Shown one piece after another: positions 41,400 through 51,907 of a stretch of 64,000 nucleotides of DNA. The position numbers and the translations under genes are program-made. The DNA comes from an uncultured delta proteobacterium (GTDB lineage Bacteria > Desulfobacterota > WTBG01 > CAIYCZ01 > CAIRTM01): contig CAIWCT010000110.1 of the NCBI GenBank assembly GCA_903911225.1, positions 1,016 to 65,015 of the forward strand, read 5' to 3'. How positions within the stretch are numbered: position 1 is the first letter of the stretch; each line of letters begins with the position of its first letter. Below the pieces are notes generated by a model. The model was not told the origin of the DNA. It made no database searches and worked only from the letters and a program-made list of their open reading frames with translations.

Positions 41400-42308
41400 A
41401 TGAAAAAATCAGCTTTTATTATGACGGCAGTTTTTTGTGCCGCGGCACTCTGCAGCACGCTTGCCCATGCAGGCAGCGACAATAACACCTTTGACCGGTT
41501 CATTAAGCCGATGACCAATCCTGTCTATTTTGATGATGCGCGCAACCAGACTTACGTGCATGTGTATCATGCCATTCAGGCGATGCCGAAGAAAATCAAT
41601 ACACGTATTGGCAAAGTCCCCCTTGATGGTAATCTGGATCTGACCGCAGTTCGTATCAACTATGCTATCAATGAGCGCTTCTCAATAGTTGCGGCAAAGG
41701 ACGGCTATATTGATTTTGATCCAGATCACACATTGAAACATGAACACGGCTGGGCCGATATCGCCGGAGGCGCCAAGTATGCATTCATTTATGACCCGAA
41801 AAATGAATTCATTTTCTCAGGTAAACTGCTTTTTGAAATGAGCCAGGGTAGCAGCGAAGTCTATCAGGGGAATGGCCACGGTAACCTCGCGCCATCACTG
41901 ACCTTTCTGAAGGGCTGGGACAAGTTCCAGTTCACCGGGATGCTGGGCGGCGTGATTCCCTTTCAGAACAGCCAGGAAAGCACCATGATGTTTGACAGCT
42001 GGCATGTAAGCTATAATATTATGGATAAGCTGTTCCCCCTGATCGAGCTCAATCATTTTTGGATCGTCCGTCAGGCAGACAGCAAGGATCTGGTTGCGAG
42101 CGTTGCCAAATTTGAAGGAGGCGATCTGATCAACATGGGCTCACAACACGGCATGGACCACCGCCACCTGGTCAGCGCGGCGGCAGGTGCACGCTTCCGG
42201 GTTATAAAAAATATTGATATAGGCATTGCCTATGAATTTCCGCTTACAGAACAGAGAAACGGGTTGATGGATAACCGCTGGAATTTCGACATAATATATC
42301 ATTTCTAA
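41400..42308 (+). CDS. Outer-membrane beta-barrel protein of unknown function, encoded inside the hyp cluster
   Basis: Signal peptide MKKSAFIMTAVFCAAALCSTLAHA, alternating amphipathic strands and a C-terminal ...FDIIYHF with terminal Phe. An AAGGAG RBS is present. Confidence 0.55.
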   Translation: MKKSAFIMTAVFCAAALCSTLAHAGSDNNTFDRFIKPMTNPVYFDDARNQTYVHVYHAIQAMPKKINTRIGKVPLDGNLDLTAVRINYAINERFSIVAAKDGYIDFDPDHTLKHEHGWADIAGGAKYAFIYDPKNEFIFSGKLLFEMSQGSSEVYQGNGHGNLAPSLTFLKGWDKFQFTGMLGGVIPFQNSQESTMMFDSWHVSYNIMDKLFPLIELNHFWIVRQADSKDLVASVAKFEGGDLINMGSQHGMDHRHLVSAAAGARFRVIKNIDIGIAYEFPLTEQRNGLMDNRWNFDIIYHF

Positions 42309-42357
42309 AAGATACTGCCATACACCGTGCCGGTGCAGTTGACCGGCACGGTTTTAT

Positions 42358-43455
42358 TTGAGAACTATGAAATATATAGATGAATACCGCGATCCTGAAC
42401 TTGCCCGAAAGCTTTTAAGCGGCATTAAAATAAAAGCATCGCAGCTTGGCAGGCCGGTGGCGATAATGGAGGTTTGCGGAAGCCACACGCAGGCCATAGG
42501 TCGCTATGGCATTCGCGGGATGCTTCCGGAAAATATCAGGCTCATTTCGGGTCCCGGCTGTCCGGTCTGCGTGACATCTGTAGCCGATGTAAACACTGCA
42601 TTGTGGCTTGCCGCTCAACCCGGCATTTTGCTGGCAACATTTGGTGATATGATGCGCGTGCCGGGTACAGACGGCAGAAGTCTTCAGCAGCTGCGGGCAG
42701 AAGGCGCCGATATTCGGGTTGTGGCATCGGCTGCTGATTGTCTGGGGATTGCGCTTGAGAATCCGCAACTTGAAATTATTTTTATGGGCATAGGTTTTGA
42801 AACGACCTCTCCAACCATAGCCGCCACCGTACTTGCAGCTCAGCGTCAATCAATCCGGAATTTCACCGTATTCTCCGTACACAAGGTCATTCCTCCTGCC
42901 ATAGAAGCACTGCTTGCCGACCCAGCCCTTTCAATCGATGGTTTTCTTTGCCCGGGCCATGTCAGTGTTATAATCGGCGCCGATGCATATCGCTGCATAC
43001 CAGCGGCTGGTCGTGCTGCGGTGATTACAGGCTTTGAGCCGGTAGATGTCCTTGAGGGCATTCATCTTCTCCTTAATCAGTTATTAACCGAAAAAAAAGA
43101 AGTTGTCATACAGTATGGCCGTGGGGTAAAAGCTGAGGGTAATTTAAAAGCTATGGCAGTTCTTACCACGATCTTTGAGCCTGCAGATGCACAGTGGCGT
43201 GGCCTTGGCATCATACCGGGCAGCGGTCTTGTGTTTCGGGAGGCCTATGCAGCCTTTGACGCTTTGCGTACATTCTCAATCCCAGCAGTAGCTTCTGAAG
43301 ATATTAAGGGCTGCCGCTGTGGCGATATCCTGCGTGGCATCATAGCGCCACCCGAATGCCCATTGTTCAGAAATGTCTGCATGCCTCACAATCCTATTGG
43401 ACCCTGCATGGTTTCATCGGAGGGCACCTGTGCGTCATATTATCGATATTCATAA
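42358..43455 (+). CDS. hypD: Hydrogenase maturation factor HypD
   Basis: Carries the HypD motifs CGSHT, GPGCPVCV and FETTSP, with a C-terminal CxxC cluster. Confidence 0.9.
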   Translation: MRTMKYIDEYRDPELARKLLSGIKIKASQLGRPVAIMEVCGSHTQAIGRYGIRGMLPENIRLISGPGCPVCVTSVADVNTALWLAAQPGILLATFGDMMRVPGTDGRSLQQLRAEGADIRVVASAADCLGIALENPQLEIIFMGIGFETTSPTIAATVLAAQRQSIRNFTVFSVHKVIPPAIEALLADPALSIDGFLCPGHVSVIIGADAYRCIPAAGRAAVITGFEPVDVLEGIHLLLNQLLTEKKEVVIQYGRGVKAEGNLKAMAVLTTIFEPADAQWRGLGIIPGSGLVFREAYAAFDALRTFSIPAVASEDIKGCRCGDILRGIIAPPECPLFRNVCMPHNPIGPCMVSSEGTCASYYRYS

Positions 43456-43472
43456 AAACAAGGAATTTCAAT

Positions 43473-44138
43473 ATGAAAATCAGCATTGTTAAGAATGTTC
43501 TTGATGCCAACAATCGTATTGCCGTCAATAATCGAGTTCTGTTTGATGCTAAGAAAATATATGTCATCAACCTCATGAGTTCACCCGGCGCAGGCAAAAC
43601 CACACTTGTGGAGCGCACCATTGATGCACTGAAATGCACGTATCGTATTGCCGTCGTTGAAGGCGATATTCAGGACACCTGCGATGCCGAGCGCGTGGCT
43701 GCCCACGGTATACCGGCAGTACAGATAAACACCGGCGGCTCCTGCCATATCGACGGCAATATGGTGCACGAGGCGCTGCAGTCACTCAATCTTGATGAAA
43801 TAGATTTTCTCATTGTGGAAAATGTCGGCAATCTTGTCTGCCCTGCTGAATTCAGCGTCGGTGAAAATATCAAGGTTATGCTATTGAGCACCCCCGAGGG
43901 CGCAGACAAGCCGTCGAAATATCCTCTCATGTTCCATGAATCAGCTGCGTTAATCATCAATAAAATAGACCTGCTACCTTATGTTGATTTTGATATGGAC
44001 AAAGCAAAACGCGTATCCGCAGCAATAAATCCGAAACTTGCAATCCATGAAGTCTCATGCAAAACAGGACAGGGACTTGATGAATTTTATCAGTGGCTGA
44101 GAAGCCAAATTGAGGCATTCAGGGCAACCGTTAAATGA
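43473..44138 (+). CDS. hypB: Hydrogenase nickel-insertion GTPase HypB
   Basis: P-loop SSPGAGKTTL. The metal-binding motif is CHIDGNMVH, followed by ENVGNLVCP. Start at ATG 43473 after AAGGAA. Confidence 0.9.
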   Translation: MKISIVKNVLDANNRIAVNNRVLFDAKKIYVINLMSSPGAGKTTLVERTIDALKCTYRIAVVEGDIQDTCDAERVAAHGIPAVQINTGGSCHIDGNMVHEALQSLNLDEIDFLIVENVGNLVCPAEFSVGENIKVMLLSTPEGADKPSKYPLMFHESAALIINKIDLLPYVDFDMDKAKRVSAAINPKLAIHEVSCKTGQGLDEFYQWLRSQIEAFRATVK

Positions 44139-46411
44139 CCAAGCGTATACGTTATCACTTTATGGGCATTGTTCAGGGGGTGGGTTTCCGCCCTTTTGTT
44201 TTTCGTACTGCACTACAATGCGGCCTTACAGGATTTGTGCAGAATACGATTGATGGTGTTATTGCCGAAGTTCAGGGCTCCGACAGCGCTTTGAAGGAAT
44301 TTTTTTTATATATCAACAATAATGCCCCCCCGCTTTCTGAAATCACAGGCCAAGCATGCTCGGAAATCAATACTCTGGATGAATCAGACTTTAAAATTCT
44401 TGAAAGCCGAAGCCGTGGCGATCTTGATGCTTACAGCCCTCCAGACAGCGCAACCTGTGAGAACTGTCTGCAGGAGCTTTTCGACCCGAACGACCGGCGC
44501 TTCCGCTATCCGTTTATCAACTGCACCAACTGCGGACCACGGCTTACCATTGTGAACGAACTGCCATATGACCGCGATAGAACGGCCATGGCATGCTTTC
44601 CACTTTGCCCGACCTGCAAAAAGGAATACAACACTCCTTCCGACAGGCGTTTTCATGCCGAACCCAATGCCTGCCCGGTCTGCGGCCCTCGTGTAAGGCT
44701 GATTGATGCCTCCGGAAATGAATGTCTGTTCGATGACCCGGTTGAGGAGGCAATTCACACGCTTAAACAAGGGCTGATTATTGCAATAAAAGGCCTTGGA
44801 GGATTTCACCTTGCGGTGGACGCAGGAAATGATGCGGCTGTGCAGCGGCTGCGCGAACGCAAATGCCGGGAGGAAAAACCCCTGGCCATCATGGTTCGTA
44901 ATTTAAATACAGCTCGTGAGATAGTTGAAACAGGCATCCAGGAAGAGCGTCTGCTTGCTTCACCGCAGCGGCCTATCGTTCTACTTACAAAAAAAAATAC
45001 CGGGTTTATATCTGAATTTATTGCTCCGCATATGAACCGACTTGGTGTTATGCTTGCTTATACCCCACTGCAGCACCTGTTACTTGAAAATGACTTTACC
45101 GCACTTGTAATGACCAGCGCCAACCGAACCGATGAGCCCATCTGCACAGGCAACCGAGAAGCCGTGAAGCGCCTTCAGGGGATAGCGGACTTTTTTTTAG
45201 TTCATAACAGAGACATACTTGTACGCTGCGATGATTCTATTGCCATGGTGGCATCAGGCAAGCCGCGTCTAATGCGCCGTGCTCGCGGTTTTGTGCCCTG
45301 TCCTATTATGCTGACCCAGCATCACCCGTCTGTGCTTGCCCTTGGCCCGCATCTTAAATCAGCGGTTTGCATCATAAAAGACAATCAGGCATTCCTGAGC
45401 CCCCATATTGGCGACATGGAAACACCTCAGGCCAGGGATTTTTTTCATGAAAATATTAAGCTTCTGAAAAAAATAACTGATTGCTCACCCGGCATTGTTG
45501 CATGCGATCTCCATCCCGGCTATTACTCAACCTCAGTTGCAAATAGCATGCAGGATGTTACAGTTGTACGGATTCAACATCATCACGCTCATATTGCAAG
45601 CTGCATGGCCGAAAACGGTATTAAAGGCAAAGTTATCGGCCTGGCCATGGATGGTACGGGCTTCGGCGCTGACGGCACTATATGGGGTGGAGAGTTCCTT
45701 ATTGCTGATGAGGTGGATTTTATCAGGGCGGGCCATATCCGGCAGTTCAAGCTACCTGGCTCCGAAGCAGCAATCCGGGAGCCGTGGCGAATAGGCGCCG
45801 GCTTACTGCGGGATTCCTATGGTGATGAGTGGCAGACTATTGCAACCAGACTGCCGCTTGCGCTGCATTCGCAGGACTATGCGGTTGTTGAAAAAATGCT
45901 TACTGCAAATATCAACAGCCCTGTCTGCTCAAGCCTTGGCCGCCTGTTTGATGGCGTTGCTGCAATTATTGGCATCAGAGCGAAAGTAAATTTTGAGGGT
46001 CAGGCAGCAATGGAGCTTGAAGCTGTCGCAGACAGTTCAGATGTTTCGGCCTTACCCTTCAAAATCGACGACTATGAAAACACCTTAAGTTTAAATTATA
46101 TACCTTCAATTAAAGAACTAACCACGCAAAGGTTAAAAGGTGCCCCCCCCCCTGCACTTGCAGCTTCATTTCATGCTATGCTCATCTGTTCATTTATCGA
46201 GATGACTGTACGCATTCGCAGTGCATCCGGCCTTAACCGCGTTGTTTTAAGCGGCGGCTGCTTTCAAAACCGGCTCTTGCTTGAAGGATGTATCGAAGGA
46301 CTTATGAAGGCTGATTTTAATGTTTACTCACACCATCTTGTCCCCACCAATGACGGCGGTATCTCCCTCGGGCAGGCGCTCGTAGCAGCCTCGCATTTTC
46401 CATTTCAATAA
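44135..46411 (+). CDS. hypF: Carbamoyltransferase HypF
   Basis: Acylphosphatase domain (HFMGIVQGVGFRPFV), two CxxC-x18-CxxC zinc fingers, YrdC-like and Kae1-like domains. Contains a 10-nt C homopolymer (46143-46152) encoding PPP. Confidence 0.9.
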   Translation: MTKRIRYHFMGIVQGVGFRPFVFRTALQCGLTGFVQNTIDGVIAEVQGSDSALKEFFLYINNNAPPLSEITGQACSEINTLDESDFKILESRSRGDLDAYSPPDSATCENCLQELFDPNDRRFRYPFINCTNCGPRLTIVNELPYDRDRTAMACFPLCPTCKKEYNTPSDRRFHAEPNACPVCGPRVRLIDASGNECLFDDPVEEAIHTLKQGLIIAIKGLGGFHLAVDAGNDAAVQRLRERKCREEKPLAIMVRNLNTAREIVETGIQEERLLASPQRPIVLLTKKNTGFISEFIAPHMNRLGVMLAYTPLQHLLLENDFTALVMTSANRTDEPICTGNREAVKRLQGIADFFLVHNRDILVRCDDSIAMVASGKPRLMRRARGFVPCPIMLTQHHPSVLALGPHLKSAVCIIKDNQAFLSPHIGDMETPQARDFFHENIKLLKKITDCSPGIVACDLHPGYYSTSVANSMQDVTVVRIQHHHAHIASCMAENGIKGKVIGLAMDGTGFGADGTIWGGEFLIADEVDFIRAGHIRQFKLPGSEAAIREPWRIGAGLLRDSYGDEWQTIATRLPLALHSQDYAVVEKMLTANINSPVCSSLGRLFDGVAAIIGIRAKVNFEGQAAMELEAVADSSDVSALPFKIDDYENTLSLNYIPSIKELTTQRLKGAPPPALAASFHAMLICSFIEMTVRIRSASGLNRVVLSGGCFQNRLLLEGCIEGLMKADFNVYSHHLVPTNDGGISLGQALVAASHFPFQ

Positions 46412-46511
46412 ACAGCATGTTCATGCATTAGTTACAGATAAATATTTTATTTGATTATATTTTCTCAATAATGTTATTTTAGTAAAAATTATCAAAATAG
46501 GACTTCTTCGC

Positions 46512-49500
46512 ATGTCGCTAAAGTCCAAACTTGGTATAATTTTTATCTCTACTGCCCTCCTGCTGTGTGTCTCGTCTGCTGTGACATACACGCATGCGCA
46601 AGGCAGCATCGGACAACTGCGCGTTTTAATCATTAATTCCTACCATTATGGATACGGTTGGTCTGATGATGAGATGCGGGGTATCAAAGAAACATTAAAC
46701 ACTGCACAGCCCGATATCGATATTTTTACCGAATATCTTGATTGCAAGCACTTTCCTGAACCTGAGCACCTTCAATTCATGCGTGATAACCTTGCGCATA
46801 AATTCAAGGATATTGCTCCTTCCATCATTATAGTTGCAGATGACCCAGCCCTTGATTTCATAATAAAATACAGAGACGGACTCTTCGGGCCCGTCCCTGT
46901 CGTTTTCTGCGGGATAAACAACTATAAGCCTGAAATGATTAGCAGTTTCTCTAACTGCACCGGTGTCCCCGAGCTGCTGGACGTGCGCAATACCATGAAA
47001 ACAATGCTGCGCCTGCACCCGAAAACCCGCAAATTGTATATTGTCTGCGACCAAACTATAACAGGGCTGGCCACAAGAAAGCTTACTGAAGATGCTCTGA
47101 AGGAGCTGCCAAACAGCGTAAAATTTACGATTACGGAAAATATCAGCATAGTCGATATACTGCAGCAGATCAGCATGCTTGATCACGACTCGCTGGTACT
47201 ATCGCTGTCCTACAGCCGGGATAGCAAAGGAAGGGTCTTTGACCACGCGGAACTTGCCTCCATGATCGAGAGCATCTCTCCAGTGCCCGTGTATGCCGTG
47301 CATGAAGAGCGCCTTGGCCACGGCATTGTCGGAGGCTGGCTCCTGGGCGGCAAACCCCATGGGGAACAAACTGCGCACATCGCGCTGCGCATTCTGGATG
47401 GCGCCCAGCCGGGCAGCATACCCGTGGATATGAAATCGGCATCGCGGCCCATGTTCGATTATACGCTGATGCTTCGTTTCGACATTTCTGCTTTAGATAT
47501 ACCCGTGGACAGCATCATCATCAACCGGCCCGAGTCATTCTACGAAAAATACAAGCGCTTGTTCTGGTTGATCATCTGCGTAATTAGTCTCTTGACCGTG
47601 GTAATAATTTTTTTGAGCATCAACAACATGCGCCGCAGACGCGCCGAGCAGGCATTGCGCGAAAGCGAACAAAAGTACCGTGAGCTGGTCGAAAACGCTA
47701 ATAGCATCATCATGAGGTGGACACCCGACGGAACGATCACCTTTTTCAATAATTTCGCACAGCGCTTATTCGGCTACGGTGAAAATAGTATCATTGGCCG
47801 GAATTTGATCAACACCATTGTGCCCGAGCATGAATCAACTGGCCGCAATTTAACCGAAATGATTCATGCCATCGGAAAGCATCCCGGAGATTTCGTCAGC
47901 AATCTCAATGAAAACATGTGCTGCGATGGCAGGCGTGTCTGGATATCCTGGGCCAACAGGCCGGTATTTGATACTACCGGACAGCTTAAAGAAATATTGT
48001 CGATCGGAATCGATGTGACCGAACAAAGGCATGTCGAAGAGATTCGTTTACAGCTGTTTGCCGCCATCGAACAGGCAGTTGAAAGCATCTCTATCACCGA
48101 TAAGCAAAGCTGTTATGTGTACGTCAATCCTTCATTTGAACGTATGAGCGGCTATGCGCGTTATGAGCTCATAGGGCAGCACATAAAAATGATGATCCCC
48201 GATGATTTTATTGATATGTATCTCCGCGAAAATATCCCGGCCCTTGTGCGCGGTGATGCCTGGGCCGGAACTATTATAAAAAAAAGACGCAGCGGACAAG
48301 TATATGAAGTCGATGCCAATATTTCTCCCGTACGCAATGATGCCGGTCAGATCATAAGTTTCGTGACTGTCGAATCCGACGTTACCCGCGAGCGAGAGCT
48401 TGAGCGCCAGCTGCAGCATTCACAAAAAATGGAAGCTATAGGAACGCTGGCGGGCGGTATCGCCCACGATTTTAACAATATTCTGGGAATCATCATAGGC
48501 TTTACCGAACTGGCCCAGGCTAAAATCCAGCCTCAAGACCCTATAGCAGAAGACCTCGACCAGATACTTATTGCCTCCGACAGGGCGCGCAACCTGGTGC
48601 GCCAGATCCTGGCTTTTAGCCGCAAAACAGACTATGTACGGCGGGTCATTGATCCGGTGCCGATTGTGAATGAAACCATCAAACTGCTGCGCGCAACCAT
48701 TCCAACTACCATCAACATACAGAAGGAAATAGATACCGAGTGCGGCCATATTTTTGCCGATCCTACTGAGTTGCACCAGGTTATTATGAACATGTCCACA
48801 AATGCCGCCCATGCCATGGAAACCACAGGCGGCATTCTAAAGGTGCGCATGGCTGCATGCAACCTCTGCAGTGAAAGTGCTGAACAGTTCCCCGGCCTGC
48901 TTTCCGGTAAATATATACGCATATTGATTTCTGACACAGGCACCGGCATCTCCCCCGATATTATTGATCGTATCTTCGAGCCGTTCTTTACAACTAAAAA
49001 AGTAGGCAAAGGAACAGGCATGGGACTTGCTGTGGTGCATGGCATCATAAAAAGCCTTGGGGGAGGGATCAGTGTGGCCGGCACCTCAGACGCAGGAACA
49101 ACCTTTGAGGTAATTGTTCCAGAAACAAACAAAGACGGCATCTCAAACATTCCTGACACCTCAATTCAGTTGGCCGATACCGGCCGTATCATGTTTGTTG
49201 ATGATGAAAAGATGCTTGCTGAAATGGGCCTGCGCATGCTTATGTCCCTGGGATATGACGCAGTTGCCGTGGAGGACAGCCGTGAGGCCTTAGCACTGTT
49301 TAAGCGTGATCCGCATTCTTTTGATCTCATAATTACCGACCAGACCATGCCGTATATGACTGGCTATGACCTTGCGCTGCAGGTACTTGCACTCAGGCCT
49401 GATATGCCCATCATATTATGTACAGGCTACAGTGAAACAGTAACAGAAAATATGGCGGTAGCCGCAGGCATACGTATGCTTCTGATGAAACCATTAATGC

Positions 49501-49550
49501 GAAAAAAACTTTCTGAAGCCATCCATCGTACATTACTAAGTAAGACATGA
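46512..49550 (+). CDS. Hybrid sensor histidine kinase with a periplasmic solute-binding-protein-like domain, two PAS domains, HisKA/HATPase and a C-terminal REC
   Basis: Signal/TM, a periplasmic domain of about 330 aa, TM, PAS x2, H-box AHDFNNILGII, ATPase G-boxes (DTGTGI...GTGMGL) and a C-terminal REC (IMFVDDE...ITDQTMPYMTG...MKP). Confidence 0.85.
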   Translation: MSLKSKLGIIFISTALLLCVSSAVTYTHAQGSIGQLRVLIINSYHYGYGWSDDEMRGIKETLNTAQPDIDIFTEYLDCKHFPEPEHLQFMRDNLAHKFKDIAPSIIIVADDPALDFIIKYRDGLFGPVPVVFCGINNYKPEMISSFSNCTGVPELLDVRNTMKTMLRLHPKTRKLYIVCDQTITGLATRKLTEDALKELPNSVKFTITENISIVDILQQISMLDHDSLVLSLSYSRDSKGRVFDHAELASMIESISPVPVYAVHEERLGHGIVGGWLLGGKPHGEQTAHIALRILDGAQPGSIPVDMKSASRPMFDYTLMLRFDISALDIPVDSIIINRPESFYEKYKRLFWLIICVISLLTVVIIFLSINNMRRRRAEQALRESEQKYRELVENANSIIMRWTPDGTITFFNNFAQRLFGYGENSIIGRNLINTIVPEHESTGRNLTEMIHAIGKHPGDFVSNLNENMCCDGRRVWISWANRPVFDTTGQLKEILSIGIDVTEQRHVEEIRLQLFAAIEQAVESISITDKQSCYVYVNPSFERMSGYARYELIGQHIKMMIPDDFIDMYLRENIPALVRGDAWAGTIIKKRRSGQVYEVDANISPVRNDAGQIISFVTVESDVTRERELERQLQHSQKMEAIGTLAGGIAHDFNNILGIIIGFTELAQAKIQPQDPIAEDLDQILIASDRARNLVRQILAFSRKTDYVRRVIDPVPIVNETIKLLRATIPTTINIQKEIDTECGHIFADPTELHQVIMNMSTNAAHAMETTGGILKVRMAACNLCSESAEQFPGLLSGKYIRILISDTGTGISPDIIDRIFEPFFTTKKVGKGTGMGLAVVHGIIKSLGGGISVAGTSDAGTTFEVIVPETNKDGISNIPDTSIQLADTGRIMFVDDEKMLAEMGLRMLMSLGYDAVAVEDSREALALFKRDPHSFDLIITDQTMPYMTGYDLALQVLALRPDMPIILCTGYSETVTENMAVAAGIRMLLMKPLMRKKLSEAIHRTLLSKT

Positions 49551-49845
49551 ATAATAATTCCGTAACTCTTGGTGAGAAGCAAAATCCTTTCTATGGCGAA
49601 ATCTTGATATGTCATTTCAGTTTTAAATCTTTGTCTGCGAAAATCTTTTTAATTAAATTCAAATACATCCCACTAAACAAATTATGGACATTCTCATATA
49701 CATAAAACCATTCAGAAGCAGAATTCATGCAAGGCATTTGCCCTGGCTGGGCAAAAAAAGCTCTAACCTGAATTAAAATTAAATACCCGCAAAGATACTA
49801 ACCCCCTGACAACATACACACGCGGGGCGTAATTATACTAGTGAT

Positions 49846-50703
49846 TCATCTTGCCACATCTTCAATTGCCTCCTCGATTTTTTTAAACTTGAAAGAAAAA
49901 CCAGCATCAAGAAGACGTTTGGGCAAAACGCTCTGGCCGTCAAGCAGTACCGTTGCGCCTTCTCCAAAAAGAAGCCTAAGGGCAAAGGCCGGCACCGGAA
50001 GTATTGCAGGCCTCCTGAGCACGTAGGCAAGAGCTTTAGTGAGGCCCCGATTGGTTGTCGGATTCGGCGCAGTAAGGTTATAAGCCCCGCGATAGCTATC
50101 GTCTTGCAGCGCCACGCAGTGGGCCTTTGCAAGATCGGCAATATGTACCCAGGAAAATGCCTGCTCCCCGCTTCCGATTACACCACCCAATCCCAATTTA
50201 AAAATCGGTAACATTTTAGCCAGAGCACCACCACCGCGGCCCAGTACAACACCAAACCGAAAGACCACAGTCCGAATGCCTGCATCATGCGCCTTCAATG
50301 CCGACAGTTCCCAGTCATTAGCAAGCTGCCCGAGAAAATCATTCGAATTCACAGTGTCATATTCGGTATAGTGCCCACCAGTGGGATAAATGCCTGCGCC
50401 GCAGGCAGATATAAACACTTTGGGTTTACGCTCAAGACCGCACATGGTACTAACTAACACATTCGTGACAGGCACGCGGCTTGCATATAATTCTTTCTTG
50501 TAGCTTTCAGTCCACCGAGCAGCAATCGGGGCCCCGGCTAGATTTATAACTGCGTCAGATTGCAAAAGCTTGTCGCGAAGCGACCCCCCCTCGATGGAGA
50601 AATCCTGACGCGTCAAAGGTACTGTTTCCCAGCCTTTCTCCGCGAAAATTTTTTTTAAAAAAGAACCTATATATCCTGTTGAACCACTCATTGCGATACG
50701 CAT
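49846..50703 (-). CDS. NAD-dependent epimerase/dehydratase family protein (YfcH-like, with C-terminal DUF1731-type extension)
   Basis: Rossmann motif MSGSTGYIGSFL; 285 aa with a short SDR-type architecture. Confidence 0.7.
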   Translation of the reverse strand: MRIAMSGSTGYIGSFLKKIFAEKGWETVPLTRQDFSIEGGSLRDKLLQSDAVINLAGAPIAARWTESYKKELYASRVPVTNVLVSTMCGLERKPKVFISACGAGIYPTGGHYTEYDTVNSNDFLGQLANDWELSALKAHDAGIRTVVFRFGVVLGRGGGALAKMLPIFKLGLGGVIGSGEQAFSWVHIADLAKAHCVALQDDSYRGAYNLTAPNPTTNRGLTKALAYVLRRPAILPVPAFALRLLFGEGATVLLDGQSVLPKRLLDAGFSFKFKKIEEAIEDVAR

Positions 50704-50815
50704 ATCCTGTCCTCCTTATATTGGAGTATCGACAGAACCATTACTTGACTTGAACTTTGATATATGAAAAATTAAGTCATCACCATAACAATACTTGACA
50801 CGGAAAAGATATCTC

Positions 50816-51829
50816 ATGAAACTGCATGATAAAATTCTTCTTGAACACGGCGGTGGCGGCCAATTAACCGGTGAGCTGATAGAGCAGGTATTTCTGCCGC
50901 GATTGGGTAATCCACATCTCATGCAACTCACCGACAGCGCACTTGTGGCTATTGGCGATCAACGAATCTGTTTTACTACCGATTCCTACGTGGTTAGCCC
51001 CCTGTTCTTTCCGGGAGGCGATATCGGCTCGCTTGCCGTTCATGGAACGGTCAATGACCTTGCGGTCTGCGGCGCACAGCCTCTGTTTTTAAGCGCCGGC
51101 TTCATCATCGAGGAGGGATTTGCAACGGCACAGCTTGAACAGATCGTTGATTCAATGGCCTCTGCTGCCGCACTGGCTGGCGTACAGGTTGTCACGGGAG
51201 ACACCAAGGTTGTCCCCCACGGTGCTACCGACGGCCTCTATATAACGACTTCAGGCATAGGTCGGTTTGTATACGATAAACCATTGTCTCCCTCCACCAT
51301 CAGGCCCGGTGACGCTGTTATTGTAAACGGCCCTGTGGGCGACCATGGCGCTGCCATACTATGCGCGCGGCAGGATCTTGGATTTTTATCAACGGTGCTA
51401 TCCGATTCCGCGCCACTGGGTAGCCTTGTACGGAATATTTTAAATGCTAGCCCGCACATTCACTGCATGCGCGATGCAACGCGAGGGGGGCTTGGGGCTG
51501 TGCTTGCGGAAATAGCGCAGCAGTCGGGCCACGATATTTTCGCTCGGGAAAACGACATCCCGTTGCGGGAAAGCGTACGGGGGATCTGCGAAATGCTGGG
51601 GTTTGACCCCCTTTACCTCGCTAATGAAGGAAAACTGGTTGTCTTTTGCGCAGCTGACGATGCCCCGGCAGTGCTTGCTGCCATGCATAGCCATGAGTTG
51701 GGCCATGAGGCAACCCGTATTGGAACTGTCCAGGAATCGGGCCGCGGACGTGTCGTGCTCACTACCCTAATCGGCGGAGAACGTGTTATTGATCGCCCTA
51801 CGGGTGAGCTGGTGCCGAGAATATGCTGA
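50816..51829 (+). CDS. hypE: Hydrogenase maturation factor HypE
   Basis: AIR-synthase-like fold (LEHGGGG...DAATR) ending in the diagnostic C-terminal ...ELVPRIC. Confidence 0.9.
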   Translation: MKLHDKILLEHGGGGQLTGELIEQVFLPRLGNPHLMQLTDSALVAIGDQRICFTTDSYVVSPLFFPGGDIGSLAVHGTVNDLAVCGAQPLFLSAGFIIEEGFATAQLEQIVDSMASAAALAGVQVVTGDTKVVPHGATDGLYITTSGIGRFVYDKPLSPSTIRPGDAVIVNGPVGDHGAAILCARQDLGFLSTVLSDSAPLGSLVRNILNASPHIHCMRDATRGGLGAVLAEIAQQSGHDIFARENDIPLRESVRGICEMLGFDPLYLANEGKLVVFCAADDAPAVLAAMHSHELGHEATRIGTVQESGRGRVVLTTLIGGERVIDRPTGELVPRIC

Positions 51830-51907
51830 AAGAAGTTTTTTATCACCACGTTTTTCAACATCGCAGCGGGATATTCGTGTTGTCATATCCAATCTGAAAA
51901 AAAGCAT

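Noticed and set aside
48632-49159. Minus-strand ORFs within the hybrid kinase gene
   Set aside because: Antisense shadow ORFs of the HisKA/HATPase region; no supporting features.
49738-49766. GC hairpin (gccc-tggct-gggc) with an adjacent A-run downstream of the epimerase gene
   Set aside because: On the relevant (minus) strand the U-tract precedes rather than follows the stem, so it does not have terminator geometry.
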